This document shows, in pieces, positions 38,104 through 46,957 of a DNA stretch of 64,000 bases. The DNA comes from an uncultured Acidimicrobiaceae bacterium. Its GTDB lineage: Bacteria > Actinomycetota > Acidimicrobiia > Acidimicrobiales > RAAP-2. The DNA is taken from positions 3,410 to 67,409 of the forward strand of contig CAWGYK010000005.1 in NCBI GenBank assembly GCA_963826835.1. Direction: 5' to 3'. Position numbers and translations under genes: made by a program. The notes below the pieces were generated by a model. That model made no database searches and was not told the origin of the DNA. It saw only the letters and a list, made by a program, of their open reading frames with translations. How positions within the stretch are numbered: the first letter of the stretch is position 1; each line of letters starts with the position of its first letter.

Positions 38104-38329
38104 CCGCCGTCGCAACGGAGACTGTCCCTGTACGCCGGAACCTGGGCGCCTATGCGAGTGCCCCCCCTAGCCCCGAACGCCGGACTGGAGACCTGGTGGT
38201 CTGACAACGGTGCGGAATGATGCTGGACTTCGCGACCCCACCGAAGGAGTGACCGTCGGGCACCCGAATCATCCCATGGGCGTAGGAATGGCTCTTGGTC
38301 TCTTGAAAGGCGATCTGTAAGTTTAGGGA

Positions 38330-39622
38330 GTGGGGCCCGGCCGCCAGTTCGCTGACGATGCCCTCGATTCCGGCGCCTCAGTCGATCGAGCGAGTCCTTC
38401 TCGGGATCCGGAAATCCCAGAGGGAGATCTCGTCCCGGCACAGAGGCGGAGGCGGCGACGAAGGCGGAGGCTCACTCGCCGGAGCAGACTCGTACGTTCG
38501 TTCATGGTGGCACCGCTTGTCGTCGTGCTGTTGTGGGCGACCATTTCGTACACGGTCTGGATGCTGCGGCCCACGAGCCTCTCATGGAGCGTGAACACGG
38601 TTGAATGGGTGCGGTATGAAGTGCCTTTCGGCATCGGCAATTGGGCCGCCGACCACGTTGAGCAGATCTACTACAGCAGCCAAGCGCCCAAGAAGGGTGG
38701 GCCGCAGTTGAAGAGTCTGCCGAAGGTGGGAGTGCCACACCCCACGGCACCGGCTGCACCTGCGACGACTGCATGGCCGCCGGCGATCACACCCGTCTTC
38801 TCCAGCCCGCTTCCCGGTGAAGGGGTCTGGCAGCCAACCGGACCATCGGTCGATGGGGGTCCACCCATACTGGTCACGACCTATCGTCCTGACCCCACCT
38901 ACCCACAGATCGTGGCCTACGTCGCCTGGTTCGACCATTCGCGGACAGAGCTCGGCTATTACCCGGGCCGCTATGAGCCGCCGAACGCGGCCGTGCGCGG
39001 ACCGGCGATGGTTCCCTACAGCCAGCGGTCTCGTCTGCTTGCGACCTTCAACGGCGGGTTTACCTATGTCGATGGCCAGAACGGGTCCGCGGACAACGGC
39101 CAAACAAACGAACCGCTAAAGGACGGCAACGCGACACTCATTGGTTATACGGATGGCCGCGTGGACATTGTGAACTGGAGCGGCGGCCCGAACCCCGGCC
39201 CCGGCGTCGCGTGGGCTCGGCAGAGCTTGGCTCCGATCGTCTGGAACAGCCAGCTGAATCCCGCTTTGAACACCGATCCCAACAGCCCCCAGTGGGGATA
39301 TACGCTCGGCGGAGTTACTCGCGTCTGGCGCACCGGTGTTGGGATCGACGCTCGAGGCAACCTCATCTACGTCGCCGCTGATTATCAGACAGTGGTCAGC
39401 ATCGCGCAGATCCTTCAGCACGCCGGAGCAGTGCGGGCCATGGAGTTCGACATCAATCCCGAATGGCATTCGCTCAACACCTACAACCCCCCCGGTCTCA
39501 ACCCGACGCAGGTGGGACCCAACCCGAATCAGTCACCCGATCGCTACCTCGTCCCCGACGACCGTGACTTCTTTGCCGTCTACCGACCGATCCCCGGTCC
39601 GGTGACTGTCCCCTTCGGGTGA
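38330..39622 (+). CDS. Phosphodiester glycosidase (DUF2233) family protein with N-terminal TM anchor
   Basis: Poly-Arg then TM segment MVAPLVVVLLWATISYTVWML. C-terminal ATFNGGF, RTGVGIDARGNLIYVAAD, AVRAMEFDINPEW. Start uncertain: GTG 38330 or ATG 38504. Confidence 0.65.
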   Translation: MGPGRQFADDALDSGASVDRASPSRDPEIPEGDLVPAQRRRRRRRRRLTRRSRLVRSFMVAPLVVVLLWATISYTVWMLRPTSLSWSVNTVEWVRYEVPFGIGNWAADHVEQIYYSSQAPKKGGPQLKSLPKVGVPHPTAPAAPATTAWPPAITPVFSSPLPGEGVWQPTGPSVDGGPPILVTTYRPDPTYPQIVAYVAWFDHSRTELGYYPGRYEPPNAAVRGPAMVPYSQRSRLLATFNGGFTYVDGQNGSADNGQTNEPLKDGNATLIGYTDGRVDIVNWSGGPNPGPGVAWARQSLAPIVWNSQLNPALNTDPNSPQWGYTLGGVTRVWRTGVGIDARGNLIYVAADYQTVVSIAQILQHAGAVRAMEFDINPEWHSLNTYNPPGLNPTQVGPNPNQSPDRYLVPDDRDFFAVYRPIPGPVTVPFG

Positions 39623-39663
39623 GGATCGGTCCGCAACTCGACCCCACCTTCACGCCGACCTAT

Positions 39664-40069
39664 CCCCGTACATTGATACTTCTCTGAGGGTCCACCGCTT
39701 GATTGCTGGTCCCAAATAGCTTCGGGAGTGCTGGCAGGTTCGGTCTGACTTGGAGTTTCGTGACGTTGCAAGACGTCGTCGACCGAGCCAACCAGCGGCA
39801 CTTTGACAGCGGCACGTCCCGTCTCCGAGTTGGGGTGATTGGCCCGGGTTGCTACCAACAACCTGGACCGCCCGTCGCTCCGATCCGGAACGGCCGTGCC
39901 ATCCCTCACACCAAAGGGAGAAGGGATGACCATGACCATCGTAGAAGCTGCGCGTGGTGTGACTGGTGGCGTCGGTACTCACCGACGTCCACGTCGCTGC
40001 CGCGCCCGATCCGCTTGGCGGGCTGCTCGGCACGGAGCGCTTTGCGACCGACTCCGCTGGCTACAAGGC
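39664..40069 (+). mobile_element. IS110-family left end fragment A: 262-nt non-coding leader plus the first ~48 transposase codons (frameshifted, truncated)
   Basis: 404/406 nt identical to the reverse complement of 46089-46494. MTMTIVEAARGVTGGVGTH, then out of frame TDVHVAAAPDPLGGLLGTERFATDSAGYKA (IS110 N-terminal GVDTH..D.HVAA signature). Confidence 0.8.
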
Positions 40070-40158
40070 CCGAACGCCGGCTCGGTGGGGCCCCTGGCGG
40101 CGACTCGAGCGACAGGCTTCCGTGATCTCAAACTGCCCCACTCCCAAGCGAGCAGACT

Positions 40159-40764
40159 GTGGCCGTGGACGAAGCGTCCGTCGATCCCAATCCGATGACC
40201 CAACTTTCCTGGTGGCTCGAGGTTGCGCGAACAGCTGGCGAGCCCATGCCCGAGGCGATGGCAGTTGCCACAGCCACGACCGAGGGGCGCCCGTCCTCGA
40301 GAATGGTGCTGCTCCGAGGCCTCGACCGCCGAGGTCTCGTCTTCTACACCGACCAGGAAAGCGACAAGGGCCGGGAGCTGAGGGCGAATCCATTCGCCGC
40401 TGCCCTCTTCCATTGGTTCCTCCCAGTGCACCGACAGGTCCGGGTGACTGGAGCAGTGGAGGAGGTCGATGACGATCAGTCGGACGCCTACTGGCAGTCG
40501 CGGCCGCCAGGGGCACGTCGTAGCGCCGTCGCCAGCCACCAGAGCAAGGTGGTCGTCACTCGAGCGGTGCTCGAACAGCGGGTGGCCGAACTGGCTGAAG
40601 CGTTTCCCGAGGAAACGGGGCCACCCCGCCCTCCTCGATGGGGCGGTTACCGGATCCGGCCTGAAGTTGTCGAATTGTGGGAGGAGGGAGCGGATCGCCT
40701 GCACGATCGGCTCCGCTACGAGGCTCAGGAGGGAAGCTGGAGGATTGAGCGGTTATCACCCTGA
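40159..40764 (+). CDS. pdxH: Pyridoxamine 5'-phosphate oxidase, probably 5'-truncated
   Basis: EPMPEAMAVATATTEGRPSSRMVLLRGLDRRGLVFYT, WQSRP, WGGYRIRPEVVELWE. Only about 12 aa precede the conserved core. The ORF opens 56 nt after the IS110 fragment. Confidence 0.75.
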   Translation: MAVDEASVDPNPMTQLSWWLEVARTAGEPMPEAMAVATATTEGRPSSRMVLLRGLDRRGLVFYTDQESDKGRELRANPFAAALFHWFLPVHRQVRVTGAVEEVDDDQSDAYWQSRPPGARRSAVASHQSKVVVTRAVLEQRVAELAEAFPEETGPPRPPRWGGYRIRPEVVELWEEGADRLHDRLRYEAQEGSWRIERLSP

Positions 40765-40915
40765 CAACCTGGGGGTAGGCACACGCATCGCGTAGTGCAG
40801 TGTCGGAGAGCGGTTCAAGCTGCCCCGTCGCCGGCTTTGTGTTGCCAGCACCTTGTTCTTGTCGAGGGGTGACGGCTAGGCGTTCCGCGGGGTGAATCTC
40901 TGAGGAACAGTCTTC

Positions 40916-41311
40916 TCACCCGAGCGCCACGGCATGGACCGGTCGCAGTGTCACGGTCACCCGTCCTTCGAGGGGCGCGTCGAAGCTTGCCAAGTCCATC
41001 CCGTAGGCACTGAGCACTTTCACCAGGGTGGTGAGTTCCGGATCGGACTCAATCGTGACGTCGCAGCGCACCTCGAGTGTTCGATAGGGATTGGCGGGGT
41101 CGATGACGAACACAGTCGCCAGGGGACGCTCCGTCAGGTTCTTCAGCTTCTGTCGGATGCCGGCGAGCGACGTTACGATCACATCGCCTTCGAGCACGAC
41201 CCACACCGCGGTGAGTTGCGGGTGGCCAGTAGGTCCAACGGTGGCCAAAGTCACCGGGATCGACCCTTCGAGCAGATCGCGATGCGATGTCGGGATGGCA
41301 ATTGAACTCAT
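40916..41311 (-). CDS. PPOX-class (pyridoxamine 5'-phosphate oxidase-like, probably F420/FMN-dependent) protein
   Basis: HRDLLEGSIPVTLATVGPTGHPQLTAVWVVLEGDVIVTS. ATG 41311. Confidence 0.7.
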   Translation of the reverse strand: MSSIAIPTSHRDLLEGSIPVTLATVGPTGHPQLTAVWVVLEGDVIVTSLAGIRQKLKNLTERPLATVFVIDPANPYRTLEVRCDVTIESDPELTTLVKVLSAYGMDLASFDAPLEGRVTVTLRPVHAVALG

Positions 41312-41530
41312 TGAGGCAGGGTACCAACACCCACTTAACCGGCCCGCAGGTCTGCCCGCCAATCCCGGCATCGCCGGCGGGCGATCCCGGCTTGCGAGTG
41401 AATCCTGACGCATCACCGAAACAAGGCCAATCGTGCTTAGGTGTCTCCTATCGCCGGCTTTGGGCATGTCTATTCCGGCGAGCCTGGATCCGGCTTTATC
41501 ACCGAGCCTGGCCTTTGCCTTGGGTGTGCT

Positions 41531-41842
41531 TCAGGCCTGAGCCGCAGCACGGTTAAGTCCTACGAACTCAGCGACATCCCACTGGGGCTCGATCTCAACG
41601 TACTCAAGAGTTCCAAGGGCCAGGATCTCGGCGACAGTGTTCATGGCTGACCGCTGGTCGGGATACTCGATCACCGAGGTCAAGGCAATACGGCTCGGTG
41701 AGTACGTGACGGCCTTGACATCTCCGCCATTCTTGGCGATGACCGCGTAGATCGCCGCAGTCTGTGCATCGTTCTGCTCGTCGCTGAGGTTCTCCCAGGC
41801 CGATGGAACCGGCCGGGTGCGGGAAAGCTCGGTGTAACTCAT
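41531..41842 (-). CDS. Hypothetical protein (103 aa; possibly GYD-like fold)
   Basis: AAAGGAG SD then ATG 41842. MSYTELSRTRPVPSAWENLSDEQNDAQTAAIYAVIAKNGGDVKAV. Confidence 0.45.
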   Translation of the reverse strand: MSYTELSRTRPVPSAWENLSDEQNDAQTAAIYAVIAKNGGDVKAVTYSPSRIALTSVIEYPDQRSAMNTVAEILALGTLEYVEIEPQWDVAEFVGLNRAAAQA

Positions 41843-42083
41843 GAAACACTCCTTTCGTGGGTGCCATCGGAGGCACGCAACGAGCATTGCGCGAGTAGCA
41901 GGTTCTGTCCACCGCGCCAGTGAGGAGTGCACTCACGCGTTTGACAGAGTGCCGCAGTACGCCGGGACTGGGGCCTCGGTTAGCGCGGCGACTGGTGCTG
42001 CCAGATAGCTATTACTCCCCGAGAGTTGCCCGCCAAAGAGGTAGCATTCGCTGCGTCCACGAGGTGCGAAGGGGAGAAAAGAG

Positions 42084-42476
42084 ATGCCTGAGTTCCCTGC
42101 GATTACTCACGTGGCGCTAACGGTTACGAGCCTTGAACGGAGTGTGCCTTGGTACAAGGATCTGTTCGGCTCGGACCCAATCCTTGACGAGGACACAGGT
42201 CCGTTCCAGCGCGTCGCTTGGCTTACTGGCGGCACAATCGTTGGCGTAACTCAGTTCCCTGACTTGGACAGCACTGAGCCGTTCAACGAGCGGCGGCCGG
42301 GGCTCGATCATTTGGCTTTCGGCTGTGCCAACCGCGATGAGTTAAAGGCATGGGAAATCCGTCTGAACGAACTCGGCATCCCCAACGGGGGCATCGTGGA
42401 CACGCCTTACTACTCGGCATTGTCGTTTCGAGATCCCGACAACATCGCACTTGAGTTCTTCGCACCCCGGGGCTGA
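42084..42476 (+). CDS. VOC (glyoxalase/bleomycin resistance/dioxygenase) family protein
   Basis: ITHVALTVTSLERSVPWYKDLFG, PGLDHLAFGC, ALSFRDPDNIALEFF. Confidence 0.8.
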   Translation: MPEFPAITHVALTVTSLERSVPWYKDLFGSDPILDEDTGPFQRVAWLTGGTIVGVTQFPDLDSTEPFNERRPGLDHLAFGCANRDELKAWEIRLNELGIPNGGIVDTPYYSALSFRDPDNIALEFFAPRG

Positions 42477-42686
42477 GGCCGGCACAGTATCCGACTGCTT
42501 ATAGACCATCCCCTAACGCATCGGGACGGTGGGGCAGCTCTGCCCGCATTCCGGGAACGGCGCCGAGTCCTCTCTAAAATCGAAGGGCATGCCACCGGAA
42601 GAGATCGAGGTTCCCGGTGGCTCGATCTCCATCGACCCGTATAAAGACGGTCGGCCATCCTGGTCTGGTCCAAGGCTCTGCTCTCC

Positions 42687-42974
42687 GTGTTTTGGCGCTC
42701 CTACTTCGCGGCCGAGCGGTTGAAGAGGGACATCGTCATCCGTGATGAGACTCGGCAATGGGTGCTCTATCGAGAGGGTCCGTATGACGGCATTACGGTC
42801 GCTCAACCATTGGAGCGCCTCCTAAGTGAAGTTCGGTCGAAAGGGCTGGATACTTTCTTGCGCACCCGCCAGGTCGCGGCCTCACAAGTTGGCCCGCTGG
42901 ATGTCCCGAGCAGGGTCGGTCTCTGGGGGCAGGTGTCGCCCTACTTGCCTGGCGCTAAGAAGGGTCACAAGTAG
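42687..42974 (+). CDS. Hypothetical ORF, weak support (may be the distal half of a frameshifted gene starting at ATG 42586)
   Basis: Open frame only, with moderate GC3. No recognisable motif. Confidence 0.2.
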   Translation: MFWRSYFAAERLKRDIVIRDETRQWVLYREGPYDGITVAQPLERLLSEVRSKGLDTFLRTRQVAASQVGPLDVPSRVGLWGQVSPYLPGAKKGHK

Positions 42975-42987
42975 CCGTCAAGGGCGC

Positions 42988-43039
42988 CCCCGTACATTGA
43001 CGCCGGACCTGGGCCCACCGTGCGAACACATAGGGGATA
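42988..43039 (+). repeat. Short motif copy c: CCCCGTACATTGA-CGCCGGACCTGGGC...CACATAGGGGATA
   Basis: The first 13 nt are identical to the first 13 nt of both IS110 fragments (39664-39676; reverse complement of 46482-46494). The 3' half resembles motif b and the 3' ends of the 270-bp repeats. Confidence 0.5.
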
Positions 43040-43131
43040 CGGAACAACCGTGAGTACGCGGCACCTGTGGCAGGTCCGGTAGGCAGCCTGCGCACCCGCC
43101 GGGCGCCAGCGGATCTCCCGGACACGCCCCT

Positions 43132-43824
43132 TCAGTGAGCTTCGACGTCAATGGACTTCGGGCGAATATCGGAAGCGAACATCGCTATGAGAACGACCAG
43201 CCACGCGCCGACGAAGATCATGCTTGCGATGACGTCGGTGGTCCAATGCACACCCAGCTCAATCCGTGAGAATGCCACAGCCGCCACTGCCAATGTCGCC
43301 AGTACCCATGCCAGGGTTCGGTAGCCCGATCTTGGGGCGATAGCCGCCACCACAAGCGCCAAGGTGGTGAACACCAGGAGGGCGACAGCAGTGTGACCCG
43401 ACGGCCACGACCAGCCATGCGCCGAGACGAGCCTGACATCCTGCGGTGGGCGGTCACGCTCGACTACGTGTTTGGCCAATGTCACGCCGCCGTTCTCCCC
43501 CGCCCAGGCGACGCCCGCCAGAACCACGGCGGCTATCGGGAGGCGCCGGCGGAGGGCCAGGACCACCAAGAGGATTCCGGTCGCCACGAGCGCGACCCAC
43601 GAACCGAGCCACGTCACAGTTTTCATCACCGCGTTGAGCGCCGGGGTCCGGTGAGCGACAACAACGGACGTTACGTGGCGGTCGAATGCGTTGACCGAGC
43701 TGGAATGCGTGACGCCCACGCCGGCCGCGATCAGGAGTCCGGTCAGGGCGACCCAGGCCAGGATGAGTACCAGGACTCGTATCGAGCGGCTGGGAGGCCG
43801 CCCGCCCTTATGTGTCGAGTCCAT
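43132..43824 (-). CDS. PAP2 superfamily phosphatase (membrane)
   Basis: KHVVERDRP (KxxxxxxRP), WPSGH, SRIELGVHWTTD. ATG 43824. Confidence 0.8.
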   Translation of the reverse strand: MDSTHKGGRPPSRSIRVLVLILAWVALTGLLIAAGVGVTHSSSVNAFDRHVTSVVVAHRTPALNAVMKTVTWLGSWVALVATGILLVVLALRRRLPIAAVVLAGVAWAGENGGVTLAKHVVERDRPPQDVRLVSAHGWSWPSGHTAVALLVFTTLALVVAAIAPRSGYRTLAWVLATLAVAAVAFSRIELGVHWTTDVIASMIFVGAWLVVLIAMFASDIRPKSIDVEAH

Positions 43825-43987
43825 GACGACGCCGGTCACTTCCGGCGGTCGACGGAGTTCGGTTCCTGCCATTCGGACGGGACCCCATCGCTGGTGTGAG
43901 CGATCAGCACCGCCCCATCCTCTCAGCGTCAGCGCCATACCGGTGATCCCAGTCGCCGCCGGGCCGGAGCTACTGATCTAGCCAGCC

Positions 43988-44302
43988 CTATTCAGAGCCC
44001 CAACCGCTGTCACGCTTCTGGTCCCGCCTCTTTTGCCGGTCCAGCTGGCGGATCTGCCGGATGCTCGCCAAATAGCCCCGTTCATGTTTGACGCTGGAAA
44101 TGTGCTCGACTTCTTCGGCGACGCCCTCTGTCTTCAGGGTTTCGAGGTTCGCCTGGAGCTTGCGGAGCTCTCGATCGCATTCCCGTTTCCGGTCATAAGC
44201 GGCAATCGTGACATTGCGGCGCTCATTCCTCTCAGGGTCGAACCGGAACCACTGCAAGATCCACCGGGTCCGACTGTCGTCGCTCGGGTCAACTTCAGCC
44301 AC
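43988..44302 (-). CDS. Hypothetical charged protein (104 aa)
   Basis: Open frame RWILQWFRFDPERNERRNVTIAAYDRKRECDRELRKLQANLETLK. No family recognised. Confidence 0.4.
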   Translation of the reverse strand: MAEVDPSDDSRTRWILQWFRFDPERNERRNVTIAAYDRKRECDRELRKLQANLETLKTEGVAEEVEHISSVKHERGYLASIRQIRQLDRQKRRDQKRDSGWGSE

Positions 44303-44370
44303 CGGTCAAGTCTGTCAAAGCCGAATACAGCGAGCTGACTGACTGCCCCCGTTCGCCGGGACGGTGGCGT

Positions 44371-44781
44371 TCAGGTCGTGATTTCACCAGTCGTCGCAGT
44401 AGGCGGGTCAGCAGGACTCGTCAGGGCAGCATCTGCGCGGTTCGCATCGCCATGGAACCGCCGGTGAATCCAAACCATCTCGCCATTCAGCTCGGTCTTT
44501 GACCAGATCCCTTTCACTGGGCCGAACCTTGTATTCCGAGGGAGGCGCCCGAGGACTTCTTTGGGAGTGGCCGTGAATTTACTCTGTCGCAGCACAACGA
44601 CGGAACGATCGGTGACCACGACATCGCGAGGCTTTCCCAGTATCAACATCAAGAGCCCTCCCCCCAGACCGACCATCCAGGGGTTTCCGGCCTGAGCAGG
44701 AAACACCTCGTGGATCGTCTCTCCTTGCTGCAAGAACGGCTCCGACCTGCTGCGGAGCTTGTCGCGTAGTGCCATGGCCAT
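44371..44781 (-). CDS. Hypothetical protein, bacterial PH-domain-like
   Basis: WMVGLGGGLLMLILGKPRDVVVTDRSVVVLRQSKF pattern. Confidence 0.45.
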   Translation of the reverse strand: MAMALRDKLRSRSEPFLQQGETIHEVFPAQAGNPWMVGLGGGLLMLILGKPRDVVVTDRSVVVLRQSKFTATPKEVLGRLPRNTRFGPVKGIWSKTELNGEMVWIHRRFHGDANRADAALTSPADPPTATTGEITT

Positions 44782-44790
44782 CCCCTTCGG

Positions 44791-45183
44791 TCACGTGGAA
44801 CATCCCTTCCCTGCAACCACCGTAATACCAGGTCCGCCGGCTGAAAATGGGAAATGCGGCCAGATCCAGAGGGAGGTCAGAGGGACGTCGCCTCCGATGG
44901 CTTCTGCAAGAACCCAAATCCTCAATTCGCAACTGCCGGGGTGCCCCCGTCCGCCGGGAGCAGGGCGCTTTCGTCCGGGGCGCTTGCGGATGCCTAACTG
45001 CCTCGACCGGCACCATGGTGCTAGTCGTCCGAACCGGGATTTCAACTCCGGGGTGAGACAATCGCTCGCCGCCGTGGGAGGGTCCGAGGCCGACAGACAC
45101 CATGGCGCGACGATACGCTCTCCGACCACGTCCTCTACAAAGCCATCGAGAGATGTGATCGCTGAATAGATCAGTTTGCCCAT
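44791..45183 (-). pseudogene. Dihydrofolate reductase-family (RibD C-terminal domain) gene, apparently decayed
   Basis: N-terminus MGKLIYSAITSLDGFVEDV is typical of the family, but the middle is Arg/Pro-rich nonsense and the product is about 50 aa too short. Confidence 0.35.
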
Positions 45184-45247
45184 GGCTGGACGCAACTCCT
45201 CGGTTTGGATCTTGGAACTCATCCTGCGACCTGAGAACCACCGACTG

Positions 45248-45300
45248 CCCCAGTACATTGCCGCCGGGAGGGTGGGACACTTCCACAATTGTGAGGGCAG
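45248..45300 (+). repeat. Short motif copy f (degenerate): CCCCAGTACATTGCCGCCGGG...
   Basis: Similarity to 42988-43039 read by eye. Weaker in the 3' half. Confidence 0.3.
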
Positions 45301-45368
45301 TCATCAGGTGCCCGAGTGGCCCTAGTTCGCGGAAGCGACACGTGCGAACGTCCCCGCGCTAGAACGAC

Positions 45369-45809
45369 TTGATGGCCTACCATCTGATGACTAACCACGA
45401 AGTGAATACCTTTCTTGCGTCTAATCCAGCTCGCCCTGGGACGCTCGCCACCACCCGAGTCGATGGGCGGCCACACGTCGCTCCAGTTTGGTTTGTGACC
45501 GACGACAACGGGGACATCGTCTTCAATACAGGCAGAGATACCGTGAAGGGTCGAAACCTCGCCCGAACGCTCTTTGCTGCTCTTTGCGTCCAAGATGATC
45601 GAGCTCCGTATTCGTTCGTAACGATCGAAGGGTCTGTAGTTCTTTCCGAAAACCTGGAAGAGGTTGGCAGGTGGGCCACAATTATCGGCGGCCGCTACAT
45701 GGGAAAGAGTCGGGCCGAAGAATTCGGCGCACGGAACGGGGTCAAGGGAGAGCTTCTCGTCCGACTCCACCCAGATCGGATCGTGTCAGCGGCAAATGTC
45801 GCAAGTTGA
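45369..45809 (+). CDS. PPOX-class (pyridoxamine 5'-phosphate oxidase-like) protein
   Basis: ARPGTLATTRVDGRPHVAPVWFVTDDNGDIVFNTGRDTVKGRNL. Confidence 0.7.
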   Translation: MMAYHLMTNHEVNTFLASNPARPGTLATTRVDGRPHVAPVWFVTDDNGDIVFNTGRDTVKGRNLARTLFAALCVQDDRAPYSFVTIEGSVVLSENLEEVGRWATIIGGRYMGKSRAEEFGARNGVKGELLVRLHPDRIVSAANVAS

Positions 45810-45869
45810 TGGATTCGGTAGCCCCGAACGCTGCCGGGTCCGGGGTCATACCGGCGGATGCTCGTCGAT

Positions 45870-46494
45870 CTAGCGTTGGGGCCATGGCCCGCAAGAATGG
45901 CCCGAGCGACGAGGACTACGACAGTGCCGCCCGCCTCAGTCTGCTCGGTCTGACCGCAGGCAAGGAAGCGGACGTGGACTCCATCATGGAGACGGCGCAG
46001 GTAGCGGGTCAGTCCCGACCCGTACGAGCCCGTGCCCTCGATGCCGACCTTGGTCACGTCGCCGAAGGACTCGAGCCAGGCCAGTAGCGCCTTGTAGCCA
46101 GCGGAGTCGGTCGCAAAGCGCTCCGTGCCGAGCAGCCCGCCAAGCGGATCGGGCGCGGCAGCGACGTGGACGTCGGTGAGTATCGACGCCACCAGTCACA
46201 CCACGCGCAGCTTCTACGATGGTCATGGTCATCGCTTCTCCCTTTGGTGTGAGGGATGGCACGGCCGTTCCGGATCGGAGCGACGGGCGGTCCAGGTTGT
46301 TGGTAGCAACCCGGGCCAATCACCCCAACTCGGAGACGGGACGTGCCGCTGTCAAAGTGCCGCTGGTTGGCTCGGTCGACGACGTCTTGCAACGTCACGA
46401 AACTCCAAGTCAGACCGAACCTGCCAGCACTCCCGAAGCTATTTGGGACCAGCAATCAAGCGGTGGACCCTCAGAGAAGTATCAATGTACGGGG
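45870..46494 (-). mobile_element. IS110-family left end fragment B: same leader, about 105 degraded transposase codons, inverted relative to fragment A
   Basis: 46089-46494 is the reverse complement of 39664-40069 with 2 mismatches. It continues LLAWLESFGDVTKVGIEGTGSYGSGLTRYLR...ARAILAG with extra frameshifts. The lower boundary is approximate. Confidence 0.75.
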
Positions 46495-46594
46495 CAACTC
46501 CGAGTCAGCCGTCGTTACCACCAGAATCGAGGGGTTCGGCGAGGTGTCGCCACCGTCTCCATTCCGCTTCGGGACCTGAATCCGATAGCCGGGT

Positions 46595-46957
46595 TCAGGC
46601 TGGGACGACACCGCGCAGCTCCCAGCGGTTGCCCGCGGGATCCTGACAGAACACAACACGGAGACCGACTCCGTCGAATGCCGAGTGTTCGAGTCCCGTC
46701 TGCTCCAGCCTCGCCTCCAAGGCCGGGAGGTCGCCTGCGACTTCGACCGCGACATGTGCCCGGGCCGCCGGTCGGTGGTCTGGATCCTCGCTGAGGTGGA
46801 TTTGCGTGCCGTCCTCGCTCTCGAACCACCGGGCCTGGAGTGCGAGTTCAGGGGGCGCGGCCACGCGTCGGTAGCCGAGGACCTCCAGGAGGAATGCCTC
46901 CTCGGCCTCCGCCCCTCCAACAGGCACCCCGAGGTTCACGTGATGCAAGCGCAGCAC
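46595..46957 (-). CDS. VOC family protein
   Basis: LHHVNLGVPVGGAEAEEAFLLEVLGY, HVAVEV, FCQDPAGNRWEL. Confidence 0.75.
   Translation of the reverse strand: MLRLHHVNLGVPVGGAEAEEAFLLEVLGYRRVAAPPELALQARWFESEDGTQIHLSEDPDHRPAARAHVAVEVAGDLPALEARLEQTGLEHSAFDGVGLRVVFCQDPAGNRWELRGVVPA

Noticed and set aside
38088-38441. 117-aa minus-strand ORF between the PASTA and glycosidase genes.
   Set aside because: It overlaps the probable 5' end of the glycosidase gene. Composition is Arg/Pro-rich, with no start signal or motif.
45671-46087. 138-aa plus-strand ORF over IS110 fragment B, and 39703..40125 / 46054..46455 mirror ORFs.
   Set aside because: They are antisense or leader-region frames duplicated only because the DNA is duplicated. 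They have no motifs, and they overlap the recognisable IS110 transposase remnant.
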